NCBI GenBank assembly: GCA_005882335.1 | Contig: VBAP01000040.1 | Coordinates: 1-55,069, forward strand | Source of the DNA: Candidatus Segetimicrobium genomatis | GTDB lineage: Bacteria; Sysuimicrobiota; Sysuimicrobiia; Sysuimicrobiales; Kaftiobacteriaceae | DNA length: 55,069 nucleotides | Direction of reading: 5' to 3' | Shown: positions 27,964 through 36,911 of the stretch, in pieces | How positions within the stretch are numbered: position 1 is the first letter of the stretch | How the letters are laid out: each line of letters starts with the position of its first letter | Notes under the pieces: generated by a model | What the model was told of the DNA's origin: nothing | The model's database searches: none | Seen by the model: only the letters and a program-made list of their open reading frames with translations | Translations under genes and position numbers: made by a program

Positions 27964-28823
27964 TGGTCCAGGCGCCAGTCATCACTGGACGGCGCGGGGG
28001 ATGGCGGCGCGCCCGGAAGCTGCGCAACCTCACCATCGGCGGAGCCATCATCACCGCGCTGATCGGCGTGGCGATCTTCGCTCCGTGGATTGCGCCCCGG
28101 GACCCCATCCGCGACGCCGACCTCAACAACTACCTGCATCCGCCTGGCGGCCCGTACCTGATGGGCGCCGACCTCTTCGGCCGGGACGTGTTCAGCCGGA
28201 TCGTGTACGGAGCGCGTGTCTCGCTGGGGGTCGGCGCGGCCGTGCAGGCATCCGCGCTCACCCTGGGGATCACGCTGGGACTGCTCTCGGGATTCTACGG
28301 CGGCTGGGTGGACAACCTCATCATGCGTCTGGCCGAGATCATCTTCGCGTTCCCCGGGCTGCTGTTCGCCATCGCGATCATGGCCGTGATCGGCCCGAGC
28401 CTGTACAACGTGTTCCTGGCGCTGGGACTCGTCAGCTGGACGGCGCTGGCCCGTCTCGTCCGGGGCCAGGTGCTCGTGATCAGGCAGCTGGAATATGTGG
28501 ACGCCGCGCGCGCCCTCGGCGCCTCGAACGCCCGGATCATCTTCCGGCACATCCTACCCAACACCGTGGCGCCGGCCATCGTGCTCGTTACGCTCGGCGT
28601 CGGCAGCGCGATCCTGGCGGAAGCAAGCCTGTCGTTTCTCGGCCTGGGAGCGCAGCCTCCTACACCCTCGTGGGGCTCGATGCTCAGCACCGGACGCGAC
28701 TATCTGCGGCAGGCTCCATGGCTCTCAATCTATCCAGGTCTGGCGATCTTTCTCACGGTGATGGGGTTCAATCTGCTGGGAGACGGCCTGCGGGACCTGC
28801 TCGACCCGCACATGCAGACCTGA
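27960..28823 (+). CDS. Peptide ABC permease (OppC/DppC-like)
   Basis: GRDVFSRIVYGARVSL, EYVDAARALGAS, EASLSFLGLG, GDGLRDLLDP. ATGA overlap with oppB. Confidence 0.94.
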   Translation: MMVQAPVITGRRGGWRRARKLRNLTIGGAIITALIGVAIFAPWIAPRDPIRDADLNNYLHPPGGPYLMGADLFGRDVFSRIVYGARVSLGVGAAVQASALTLGITLGLLSGFYGGWVDNLIMRLAEIIFAFPGLLFAIAIMAVIGPSLYNVFLALGLVSWTALARLVRGQVLVIRQLEYVDAARALGASNARIIFRHILPNTVAPAIVLVTLGVGSAILAEASLSFLGLGAQPPTPSWGSMLSTGRDYLRQAPWLSIYPGLAIFLTVMGFNLLGDGLRDLLDPHMQT

Positions 28824-28837
28824 TACATTCATCTCTG

Positions 28838-29962
28838 ATGGACCACGCACTGACCCTAGAGGTCAAGGCTTACGCGCACGGTCTCGGGTTCGACCTGGTC
28901 GGGATCACCACGGCAGACCCTTTGCCCGAGCACGGCGAGCGTATGGCGCAGTGGGTCGCCGCCGGCATGCACGGAGAGATGGAGTACGTATCGCGCCACG
29001 CGCCGAAAGCGGCGAATCCCGCATACACCGCAGCGGGCGCTCGGTCGGTTGTGGTCGTGGGTCTGGCGTATCGCTGGGACGCGCCTGCGCCTTCACCCGA
29101 CAGCCTGTCCGGACGCATTTCGTCCTATGCCCGGGGGACTGACTACCACGAGGTAATGGAACACCGGCTGCGGGATCTGGCGGGATTCTTGAGTGAGCGC
29201 GGCGCCGGACTGGCGCGCTACTACGTGGATACCGGCCCTCTGCTCGACCGCGCTATCGCGCACCGCGCCGGGTTAGGCTGGTTTGGGAAGAACACGATGT
29301 TGATCACGAAGACCGGCCACGGATCATACGTCTTTCTGGGGGAAATTCTCACCGACCTGGAGCTGGAATCGGACCAGCCGGCCGAAGGTTCCTGCGGCCG
29401 CTGCCGCATCTGCCTGGACCAATGCCCCACCGGCGCCATCGTGGCGCCGTTCGTCGTCGACGCCCGGCGGTGTATCTCGTACCTCACCATCGAGCTGCGC
29501 GGGTGGATCCCCCGCGAGCTGCGGCCGTTGATGCAGACCTGGGTCTTCGGCTGTGATGTGTGCCAGGACGTGTGCCCGCATAACGCGCTGGTCCGGGAGG
29601 GAATCCACCAGGAGTTTGCGCCACGCAAAGACGTCGCCTTTCCAGACCTCGTTGAGCTGCTGCACATCGACGAGGCAGCGTACCAGGAGCGCTTCCGCCA
29701 CAGCGCCATCAAGCGCGCCAAACGGCAGGGCCTGCGCCGCAACGCCGCGGTGGCGCTGGGGAATCTTCGAGATCCGCGCGCGGTTCCGGCGCTGGTGAGA
29801 GCGTTGGATGATGAGGATTCCATTGTCCGCGGCCACGCGGCGTGGGCCCTCGGTCGCATCGCACACCCCCAGGCCAGAGCCACCCTACGCGATCGCCTCG
29901 AACAAGAAAGCGACCCCCGGGTGCGGGAAGAAATCGAGTTTGCGCTGACCAGCCTCTCATAA
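28838..29962 (+). CDS. queG: Epoxyqueuosine reductase
   Basis: YARGTDYH, AGLGWFGKN, CGRCRICLDQCPTGA, CISYLTIE, FGCDVCQDVCP, C-terminal HEAT repeats. Confidence 0.93.
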   Translation: MDHALTLEVKAYAHGLGFDLVGITTADPLPEHGERMAQWVAAGMHGEMEYVSRHAPKAANPAYTAAGARSVVVVGLAYRWDAPAPSPDSLSGRISSYARGTDYHEVMEHRLRDLAGFLSERGAGLARYYVDTGPLLDRAIAHRAGLGWFGKNTMLITKTGHGSYVFLGEILTDLELESDQPAEGSCGRCRICLDQCPTGAIVAPFVVDARRCISYLTIELRGWIPRELRPLMQTWVFGCDVCQDVCPHNALVREGIHQEFAPRKDVAFPDLVELLHIDEAAYQERFRHSAIKRAKRQGLRRNAAVALGNLRDPRAVPALVRALDDEDSIVRGHAAWALGRIAHPQARATLRDRLEQESDPRVREEIEFALTSLS

Positions 29963-30081
29963 CCGCGGGTTCTCCACACGCGTCTACGGTTTTCGCCCGA
30001 AGCCCAGTCGTGTCTTTGTCTGTTGAATACGCCTAACCCACACGGACGGCTGGGAATGCGTATGAATGGTCGACACTTGCC

Positions 30082-32320
30082 ATGAACAGAGCGTTCGTGC
30101 ACCTGCGCGTCCGCATGCTGGTCTTTGTGCTGCTCGCCTTTGTCCCCGCGCTTCTGCTCACGCTGCTCACCTTCAAAGAGCAACGGCGCGAGGGGACAGA
30201 CGAAGCCAAGGACGCTGCGCTGCGACTGGCTCGCGCCGCCGCCATCAGTTACGAGCGGCTGACCGTCCAGACGCAGAGCATGCTGGCCAGACTCGCCCAG
30301 TTGCCGGCGCTGCGCCAGACTGCCGGCGCTGCCTGTGACTGCCGGCGCTGCCTGTGACACTCTCATGGCGGCGCGAATCAGGGAAACCACATACTATGCA
30401 AACATCGGTGTCGCGGATCTCAACGGAAATCTCGTCTGCAGCGCCGTGCCGCTTTCCGGCCGGGTGAATGTCGCCGACCGGTCCTACTTCTGGCGGGCAG
30501 TGACGACGGCCGATTTCGCCGTGGGGGAGTACCTGGTCGACCGGGTGACCGGCAAGGGAGCGATCAACTTCGGCTACCCTGTCCTGGACGCCCAGGGCCA
30601 TGTGACAGGGGTTGTCTATGCCGCACTCGACCTGGCCTGGCTGAACGACTTCGCCGCCAACGCAGACTTACCACCGGGGTCAACCATCACCGTCCTCGAT
30701 CGTAAGGGGACGATCCTGGCGCGCTTCCCCGATCCTGACCGATGGGTGGGCAAGACCGAGCCCGAGGCGCCCATTGTCGCGGCAATCGTCAAGGGTGGGG
30801 AGGGGACAGCGGACGCGCCGGGGCTCGACGCTGTGCCGAGGCTCTTTGGCTTCGTGCCTCTGCGGACCGGACCGGGTGAGACCGCCCTCTTTCTCAGTGT
30901 CGGAATCCCCAGGGCTGCCGCCCTGGTCGAGGCCACACACCATCTGATCCGCAACGCGCTGCTTGTCACTCTCTTCGGCGCGCTTGCCCTGCTTGCCGCG
31001 TGGGCCGGTGGCAGCCATTTTCTATTCGATCCGGTGAACAGGCTCATCATGGCCGCCGAGCGACTCGGGCGCGGGGAACTCACCGTCCGCAGCGGCCTAC
31101 CCCATGACGCCGGGGAATTCGGACGCCTGGCCAGCACGTTCGATCGCATGGCCACGGCCCTGGAGGGGCGCGAAGCTCAACTGGAACAGGCGCGGGAGGC
31201 CGAGCGCCAGGAGCGCGAACACGCAGAGCGGCGGCTGCGGCACACACAGGCGTTGCATGCGATAGACCAGGCCATCACCGGAAGTCTGGACCTCCGCCTC
31301 ACACTCGCCGTCGTCTTGGATCAGGTCGTGGCCGAGCTCCACGCGGACGCGGCGGACGTATTGCTCGTTGATCCACATTCCCAGGAGCTGTATTACAGTG
31401 CGGGGCGAGGATTCCGGGGGAACACCATCATGGCGTACCGGTTGCGGTTCGGAGAGGGCGACGCCGGGCGCGCCGTGCTGGATCGCCGCACGGTCACCGT
31501 CGCCGATCTCACCAAGGCCGCGGATTTCGTCCGCCGGCACCTCGTGGAGGAAGAAGGATTCGTCACCGCATTCGTGACGCCGCTCATTGCGAAAGGGCAG
31601 GTGGCCGGAGTGCTCGAGATCTTCCAGCGCCGCCCGTTCCAGCCGACCGCGGAATGGCTCGAGTTTCTGGAGACGCTGGGCGGCCAGGCCGCCGTCGCCA
31701 TCGACAACGCCGCGCTCTTCCAGGGGTTGCAGCGCGCGAATCTTGACCTGACGCTGGCATACGATACCACGCTGGAAGGCTGGTCGAAAGCGCTTGACCT
31801 CCGCGACAAAGAAACCGAAGGACACACTCAGCGGGTGACGGAGCTCACCGTGCGCCTGGCCCGCGGCGTAGGGCTGCGGGAAGAAGAAATCGTGCACCTG
31901 CGCCGCGGCGCACTGCTGCACGACATCGGCATGATGGGAATATCAGAGAGCATCCTCTTGAAACCAGGCCCGCTCACGGACGAAGAGTGGGGTATCATGA
32001 AAAAGCACCCGGTGTACGCCTTTGAGTTACTCGCGCCGGTGGCACACCTGCGTCCGGCCCTCGACATCCCCTATAGTCATCACGAGAAGTGGGACGGAAC
32101 CGGATACCCCCGTGGGCTGCGGGGGAACCAGATCCCCCTGGCGGCCCGCGTCTTTGCCGTCGCAGACGTGTGGGATGCGCTGCGGTCCGACCGTCCCTAT
32201 CGTGCGGCCTGGCCGCAGGAACGGGCCCTCGACTACATCAGGGAGCAGGCCGGGAGACATTTTGACCCGGCAATCGTCGAGGTATTCTTGCGGCTGGTCG
32301 AACACCCCGCGCAGGATTAG
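30082..32320 (+). pseudogene. Cache-HAMP-GAF-HD-GYP c-di-GMP phosphodiesterase, frameshifted by a 19-nt tandem duplication
   Basis: gactgccggcgctgcctgt occurs twice (30318-30336 and 30337-30355). Removing one copy fuses ORFs 30082..30357 and 30335..32320 into 739 aa. Motifs HDIG, HHEKWDGTGYP, VADVWDAL..RPYR. Confidence 0.85.
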
Positions 32321-32362
32321 TCCCGCTGTCAAGACGAGACGGACGATCGCGTTGGTACGGAG

Positions 32363-32818
32363 TTAGTTCGAGCGAATGCGGGGCAGTGGTCCGGTGAGCC
32401 GCGGGCCGACGGGTAAACTCGATGCAGCAATTGCCAGGAACGGTTCTACCCACCGATTCAAGCCGTGCAACACGGCCTTGGCGACGGCTGCAACGCGGTC
32501 CCCTTGCAGCGACGCGGTGCCGGAGAGGAACACTTCGTTTCGCCCTCGGCCCATCGCCATGGTCACCACGATGATCGGGTGCCGGCCGGAGCCGACTTCG
32601 GCGACGGCATCCAGGGTCACGTCGAGGTTGCCATCGATGATCTCGCGCACGGCGCTCAGCGCAGCCTGCGCGACGACGTGACGCCAGATGCCCTCGGTCG
32701 TACGGGCACTGGCTGTCCCGGACGCGGAACGCCCGCGATGGCTGAGCCGGACCCGCGCCACGGTCACCTGCCCATCCACGGTGCAGTGCACATCTTCAAG
32801 CTTTAGTCTCGCCGACAT
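32363..32818 (-). CDS. Hypothetical cytoplasmic alpha/beta protein
   Basis: GAGGTGG RBS before the ATG at 32818. Two related halves (..GTASA..VAQAALSAV and ..GTASL..VAKAVLHGLN). Confidence 0.7.
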   Translation of the reverse strand: MSARLKLEDVHCTVDGQVTVARVRLSHRGRSASGTASARTTEGIWRHVVAQAALSAVREIIDGNLDVTLDAVAEVGSGRHPIIVVTMAMGRGRNEVFLSGTASLQGDRVAAVAKAVLHGLNRWVEPFLAIAASSLPVGPRLTGPLPRIRSN

Positions 32819-32862
32819 CCGCTGCCACCTCACGAGCAATCTTGCTCCCACGGTGACTATTT

Positions 32863-32878
32863 AGCACGAACCGTGCCA
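32863..32878 (-). promoter_or_regulatory. Sigma54 (-24/-12) promoter
   Basis: Minus strand TGGCACG-GTTC-GTGCT, one mismatch to TGGCACG-N4-TTGCW, about 45 nt upstream of the 32818 start. Confidence 0.65.
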
Positions 32879-32891
32879 CAGCCGTGTCCTC

Positions 32892-33320
32892 CTAGGGGGC
32901 GCCGGCCGGTTCCACCGAGAATGTCACCGTGACCGGCAGGCCGTGCTGCGCCGAGCGGCCGTCCGGTTGCACCTCGTACTCCACCTGACGCACACCCTTG
33001 AGGCCCTTTAGGATGGGCGTCGCCGCGCCGAGCCGCTGCCAGGTCGCACGACCGGCGATCCTCCAGGCGACAACCGCGTTCGGGTCGGAGAGGTGTGCGA
33101 CCAGCACCCAGGCGATGTTGCTCTTGATGACCAGCTGGCCCTGCTGCAGGGGAGCACGCGCCGGAACGAGGAGCGAGGTGGTACCTTCCATCTTCTGGAC
33201 TGAGGGAACCGCGATGGTGACCGTCGTACTCGCGGCCTGCGCCGCAGCCGGCAGCGCACTTAGCGCCACCGTGACCACTATGAACAGCACGCTCCAAGAC
33301 ACCCGCACTCGACTGAACAT
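32892..33320 (-). CDS. Small secreted beta-strand protein under riboswitch control
   Basis: AAGGAGGAGG RBS, signal peptide ending AAAQA, mature part rich in beta-strands (TTVTIAVP, LVIKSNIAWVLVA, VTVTFSV). Confidence 0.8.
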   Translation of the reverse strand: MFSRVRVSWSVLFIVVTVALSALPAAAQAASTTVTIAVPSVQKMEGTTSLLVPARAPLQQGQLVIKSNIAWVLVAHLSDPNAVVAWRIAGRATWQRLGAATPILKGLKGVRQVEYEVQPDGRSAQHGLPVTVTFSVEPAGAP

Positions 33321-33336
33321 GAAAACGTCCTCCTCC

Positions 33337-33418
33337 TTCGGCAACCCGGCTGACTCTACTGGGTAGAGTCCCGTGGCTTTGCGTCCCCGCCTCACAACGG
33401 GTTTGCCTTTATCGAGAT
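33337..33418 (-). ncRNA. Cyclic di-GMP-I (GEMM) riboswitch
   Basis: Minus strand CTCGATAAAGGCAAACCCGTTGTGAGGCGGGGACGCAAAGCCACGGGACTCTAC..GTAGAGTCAGCCGGGTTGCCGAA. It has GGCAAACC, GNRA-type GTGA loop, GACGCAAAGC and GGGTTGCCGA, and abuts the RBS. Confidence 0.93.
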
Positions 33419-33551
33419 GAGGACCGGGCCTCATCTTACTGCGGACTGCCGGGTACTTTCTTTTTCCCCGTTCTCACCCTCCGCCTATGGCGGATTTTGT
33501 GAACTAACTGCCTGGCCTCACGGCCTCAACGCCTGCTGAACATCCCTAATG

Positions 33552-33567
33552 AGCAACCCCCGTGCCA
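33552..33567 (-). promoter_or_regulatory. Sigma54 (-24/-12) promoter
   Basis: Minus strand TGGCACG-GGGG-TTGCT, an exact match to the consensus, upstream of the riboswitch. Confidence 0.8.
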
Positions 33568-33711
33568 TGCTCTTCTATGGATCTCCATCAAAGTTCCATT
33601 TTTATTCCAGGCTGACAGGCCCAGACCTCTGGACCTATCCAGTATGGTTACCGTCAACTTAGGCGCAACCATGACCCTGTTGCTTGACGGTTCTGTCGGC
33701 GCGGCAGTATC

Positions 33712-34611
33712 GTGAAGGGCGTGGCCATTGTCGACAGCCATCTGCATCTGATTACCGCCTCGATGCTGCGCCGGGGGCGGGAGCGAATGCCGGCCTACCG
33801 GCAGAAAGCCGTCGAGTCGGCCCGTATGCGGGGGAAGACCTACGAGGAACGGCTGGCCGAACTGGAAGGGCTCTCGCTGGAAGATCACGCCCGCTCCTGG
33901 CTGGTGGAGTTCGACAAGGCTGGGGTCGACACCGGGGCCTTTAGCGCCGTGGGCGAGGGAAATGACGAACTTTCGCGGTTCGTCGCCATCAACCCGCGCC
34001 GGTTTGCCGGCTGGGGGTCTCTGGTCGACCCCCGCGACTCTAACGCGGCACGGACAGTCGCGCAGTTCCGGACGCTCGGCCTCAGCGGCCTGAAGCTCTA
34101 TCCGCCGATCCAGCGCTTCTACCCCAACGACCGGGCCCTCTATCCGGTCTACGAGGTGGCGGCCGAACAGCAGTTGCCGGTCCTGTTTCACTTCGGGATC
34201 ACGGTCGGCTCATTCTACGATCTGACGTTTGCCAGTCCACTCCCGCTCTCAGCGCCGGTGAAGGAGTTTCCAGAAGTAACGTTCCTCATCGCGCACTTCG
34301 GGGCGGGGTTCTTCCGGGAAACGCTGTTCCTGGCCTACCATACCGAAAATGTGTGCGTGGACACCTCGGGGACCAACAACTGGCGGGAGTACTACCCGGG
34401 CGGGCCACCATTGGAACAGATCTTCCGCGATGCTCTGCGCGCGTTCGGCCCCAAGCGCATCCTCTTCGGCACTGACTCTACGGTGTGGGGCGGCTACCGG
34501 CACCACATCCTGAAAGAGCAGGTTGAGATCCTCGACCGTCTGGAGTTGCCCCCGCAGGATCGGGCGGCCATCCTGGGCGACAACGCCCGCCGCGTCCTAC
34601 GGCTGCAGTAG
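33712..34611 (+). CDS. Amidohydrolase_2 family protein
   Basis: VDSHLH, GLKLYP, PVLFHFG, IAHFG, VDTSG, RILFGTDS, ILGDNARR. Confidence 0.9.
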   Translation: MKGVAIVDSHLHLITASMLRRGRERMPAYRQKAVESARMRGKTYEERLAELEGLSLEDHARSWLVEFDKAGVDTGAFSAVGEGNDELSRFVAINPRRFAGWGSLVDPRDSNAARTVAQFRTLGLSGLKLYPPIQRFYPNDRALYPVYEVAAEQQLPVLFHFGITVGSFYDLTFASPLPLSAPVKEFPEVTFLIAHFGAGFFRETLFLAYHTENVCVDTSGTNNWREYYPGGPPLEQIFRDALRAFGPKRILFGTDSTVWGGYRHHILKEQVEILDRLELPPQDRAAILGDNARRVLRLQ

Positions 34612-34681
34612 GTCCGCCACCCTCCGGCGCCCTGTCCGTTTCCAAGATGCTATCATGGCTGCAACTCGGGGAGGTGGTGGC

Positions 34682-35233
34682 ATGGCGGAGAAGATGGCGG
34701 GCCTGAAAGGAGACAAAGTCCGGCTGGTACCCCCGGACAAGCACGCGCACCTGGAGAACAGCATCCGCTGGCTCAATGATCCCGAGGTGACGCAATACCT
34801 GCTCATGACGATCGGTGTGACGCGTGGCATGGAGGAAGAGTGGTTCGACCGCGTTCAGAAACGGGACGTCGAGGTCGTGTGGGCGATCCTGGATGACCAG
34901 GACCGGCACATCGGCTTTACCGGCATCCACCGCATCAACTGGAAGCTGAGAATGGGCGGGACGGGCACCGTGATCGGTGAGAAATCGGCCTGGCGGAAAG
35001 GTTTCGGCAGCGACGCCATGCGGGTGCGGACGAAGTTCGCCTTCGAGACGCTGGGGCTGCACCGGCTGGAGTCGGAGGCGCGCATCGACAACGTCGGCAG
35101 CCAGCGAGCCCTGGAGAAATCCGGCTACCGCCGGGAGGGCGTTGCGCGAAAGAAAATGTTCTGGGGCGGGCAGTGGTACGATGCGGTGTTGTATGGGATG
35201 CTCGATGAGGACTATTTTGGTGGGAGGTCCTGA
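34682..35233 (+). CDS. RimJ/RimL-type GNAT N-acetyltransferase
   Basis: WRKGFGSDA, AFETLGLHRL, NVGSQRALEKSGYRREG. Confidence 0.9.
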   Translation: MAEKMAGLKGDKVRLVPPDKHAHLENSIRWLNDPEVTQYLLMTIGVTRGMEEEWFDRVQKRDVEVVWAILDDQDRHIGFTGIHRINWKLRMGGTGTVIGEKSAWRKGFGSDAMRVRTKFAFETLGLHRLESEARIDNVGSQRALEKSGYRREGVARKKMFWGGQWYDAVLYGMLDEDYFGGRS

Positions 35234-36106
35234 GTGTCCAGCCACTTCAGCTGCATCGGCTTTCCGGTTGACGACATGGACGCCTACTGGACCCTGGCGC
35301 GGCGCGCGGCCGCCGAAGGGATACGCTTTCCAGTCCCGGACGTCGGCGCGCTGGTGCGGTGGGCACCTGGCGAAGCTCCTGGCCCCCTCACCCTGCCCTC
35401 TCCCACATCGGGGAGAGGGGAGAGCGGTTGGGCGCATCCGCGCCCTCCATCAACTGGGCCGGAAATCTGGGCTCAGGTGAACCAGACAGGTGAGGTCACC
35501 GGCGCGACGCCGTTTTTCGCTACCGGTGAGCCTCATACCCTCGCCATCACCGGCATCGGCGAGGATCCTGAGGAACCCCTCGATGGATGGATCGACGGCT
35601 GGCTGGAGCCGTCCGAGCCCGACGAGCCGTACTCGGGCGCCTTCCCCATGCGGGTCGGCTTGGTGGATTTCGCACTGGCCCGCAGCCGGATCACCACGTT
35701 TCCCACCACGCGCCGAGTTGAAATCGCCGCCCTGACGCACGAAGCAGAACTCTACGAAAATGAAGCCGCCTATCGCACCGCGCCCGGGGAGATCTACCGG
35801 CCACCGCTGGAGTCATTCGCGTCGACTGCCCACGCCGGCATCGACGACGCCGTGGAGTTTGCGGAGGCCACCGCGCTTGTCAGCGGACGCGTCGCGCAGG
35901 CGAGGCTGCTCATCAATCCCGTGTCGGAGGCTGCGTACTGGTGGATGCAGGTCTCGCTGCGCGGCGTAACCCTGCACGTCTTTGCCGACCGCGAGACACT
36001 CGGCAAAGAACCACGGACCGGCAATATCCTGTCGGCCAGCTTCTGGCTGATAGGGAGAACGGCAGAACCAGGGGACCAGGGCACCAGGGGACCAAGCAAA
36101 CCGTGA
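35234..36106 (+). CDS. Hypothetical protein carrying an in-frame palindromic insertion
   Basis: 290 aa starting right after the GNAT stop. HFSCIGF..., ..FWLIGR. Insert at 35383-35458. Confidence 0.75.
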   Translation: MSSHFSCIGFPVDDMDAYWTLARRAAAEGIRFPVPDVGALVRWAPGEAPGPLTLPSPTSGRGESGWAHPRPPSTGPEIWAQVNQTGEVTGATPFFATGEPHTLAITGIGEDPEEPLDGWIDGWLEPSEPDEPYSGAFPMRVGLVDFALARSRITTFPTTRRVEIAALTHEAELYENEAAYRTAPGEIYRPPLESFASTAHAGIDDAVEFAEATALVSGRVAQARLLINPVSEAAYWWMQVSLRGVTLHVFADRETLGKEPRTGNILSASFWLIGRTAEPGDQGTRGPSKP

Positions 36107-36190
36107 GTGATCGGCCAGGAGACCACGTAGCCAGGGAACCAGGCAAGCATTAGGCTTGGTCCCCTGGTACCCTGGAATCTTGGTTCCTGT
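36064..36190. repeat. Inverted octamer tandem repeats (ggggacca... / tggtcccc...)
   Basis: ggggacca gggcacca ggggacca..ggagacca cgtagcca gggaacca, then tggtcccc tggtaccc tggaatct tggttcct. Confidence 0.8.
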
Positions 36191-36191
36191 T

Positions 36192-36785
36192 CTATCCAAA
36201 CATCGCCCGCTCGTCGGCCCGTGAGTACTCGTGGAGTTCTTCCTTGCGGAACCACAGTGGAATCTCGAACGCCGCCTCCTCGATCGACCCGGAGGCGTGG
36301 ATCAGGTTGCGCACGGGACGTTTCATGACGTTGGCGACCGTCGGAGAATCCACGGAGAGGTCGCCCCGGACGGTACCTGGGGCGGCCCGGTAGGGCAGCG
36401 TGTCACCGACAATCTTGCGCGCCGCGCTGATCGCATGAATCCCTTCCAATACGAACGCGACCACCGGACCCGATGAGACGTAGTCAATGAGCCAGCTACG
36501 CACCTCCCGGCCGATTTCCAGCGGATCGTCGGTGCCGGTTTCTTTCTTCACATCTAGGCCGTAGGTGGAAAACGCGTCCTTCGTCTTGCCTCCGAGAGTC
36601 CGCAAGAAGCCGTCTTCCCGAGGGTAGTGCCGGTCCAGCAGCGGCCGATCCGGCCACACCATTTTCATCCCCACCAGCTTGAGCCCGGCACGCTCGAACC
36701 GGCCCACAACCTCGCCAACCAGTCCACGCTGGACGCCGTCAGGCTTGAGGAAAATTAGAGTCCGCTCTTTACGAATATCTTGCAA
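36192..36785 (-). CDS. ndk: Nucleoside diphosphate kinase
   Basis: ERTLIFLKPDGVQRGLVGE, SGPVVA, PGTVRGD, RNLIHAS. Confidence 0.95.
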   Translation of the reverse strand: MQDIRKERTLIFLKPDGVQRGLVGEVVGRFERAGLKLVGMKMVWPDRPLLDRHYPREDGFLRTLGGKTKDAFSTYGLDVKKETGTDDPLEIGREVRSWLIDYVSSGPVVAFVLEGIHAISAARKIVGDTLPYRAAPGTVRGDLSVDSPTVANVMKRPVRNLIHASGSIEEAAFEIPLWFRKEELHEYSRADERAMFG

Positions 36786-36807
36786 ACAGTCACCTCCGAG
36801 ACAATGC

Positions 36808-36911
36808 GGCGAACAGTGAACACGGCGAACAAAGCGAACAAAAAATCGTCAGGGAATCACATATGACTCGCTTGTTCGCCCTGTCCGCTGTGTTCGCCTT
36901 GTTCGCTGTTC
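36808..36911. repeat. Inverted 9-mer tandem repeats (gcgaacaaa / ttgttcgcc)
   Basis: gcgaacagt gaacacg gcgaacaaa gcgaacaaa ... cttgttcgc cctgtccgc tgtgttcgc cttgttcgc. Confidence 0.8.

Noticed and set aside
27474-28837. Long N-terminal extensions given in the ORF track for oppC (27474) and queG (27794)
   Set aside because: The extensions overlap real upstream genes. Family homology starts at 27960 and 28838.
33337-33418. cGAMP-sensing (GEMM-Ib) variant of the riboswitch
   Set aside because: The position equivalent to Vc2 nucleotide 20 is G, not A.
33650-33691. accgtcaa/ttgacggt inverted repeat as an enhancer for the sigma54 promoter
   Set aside because: Arms are only 8 bp with a long spacer and could equally be a -35 element. 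It cannot be assigned from sequence alone.
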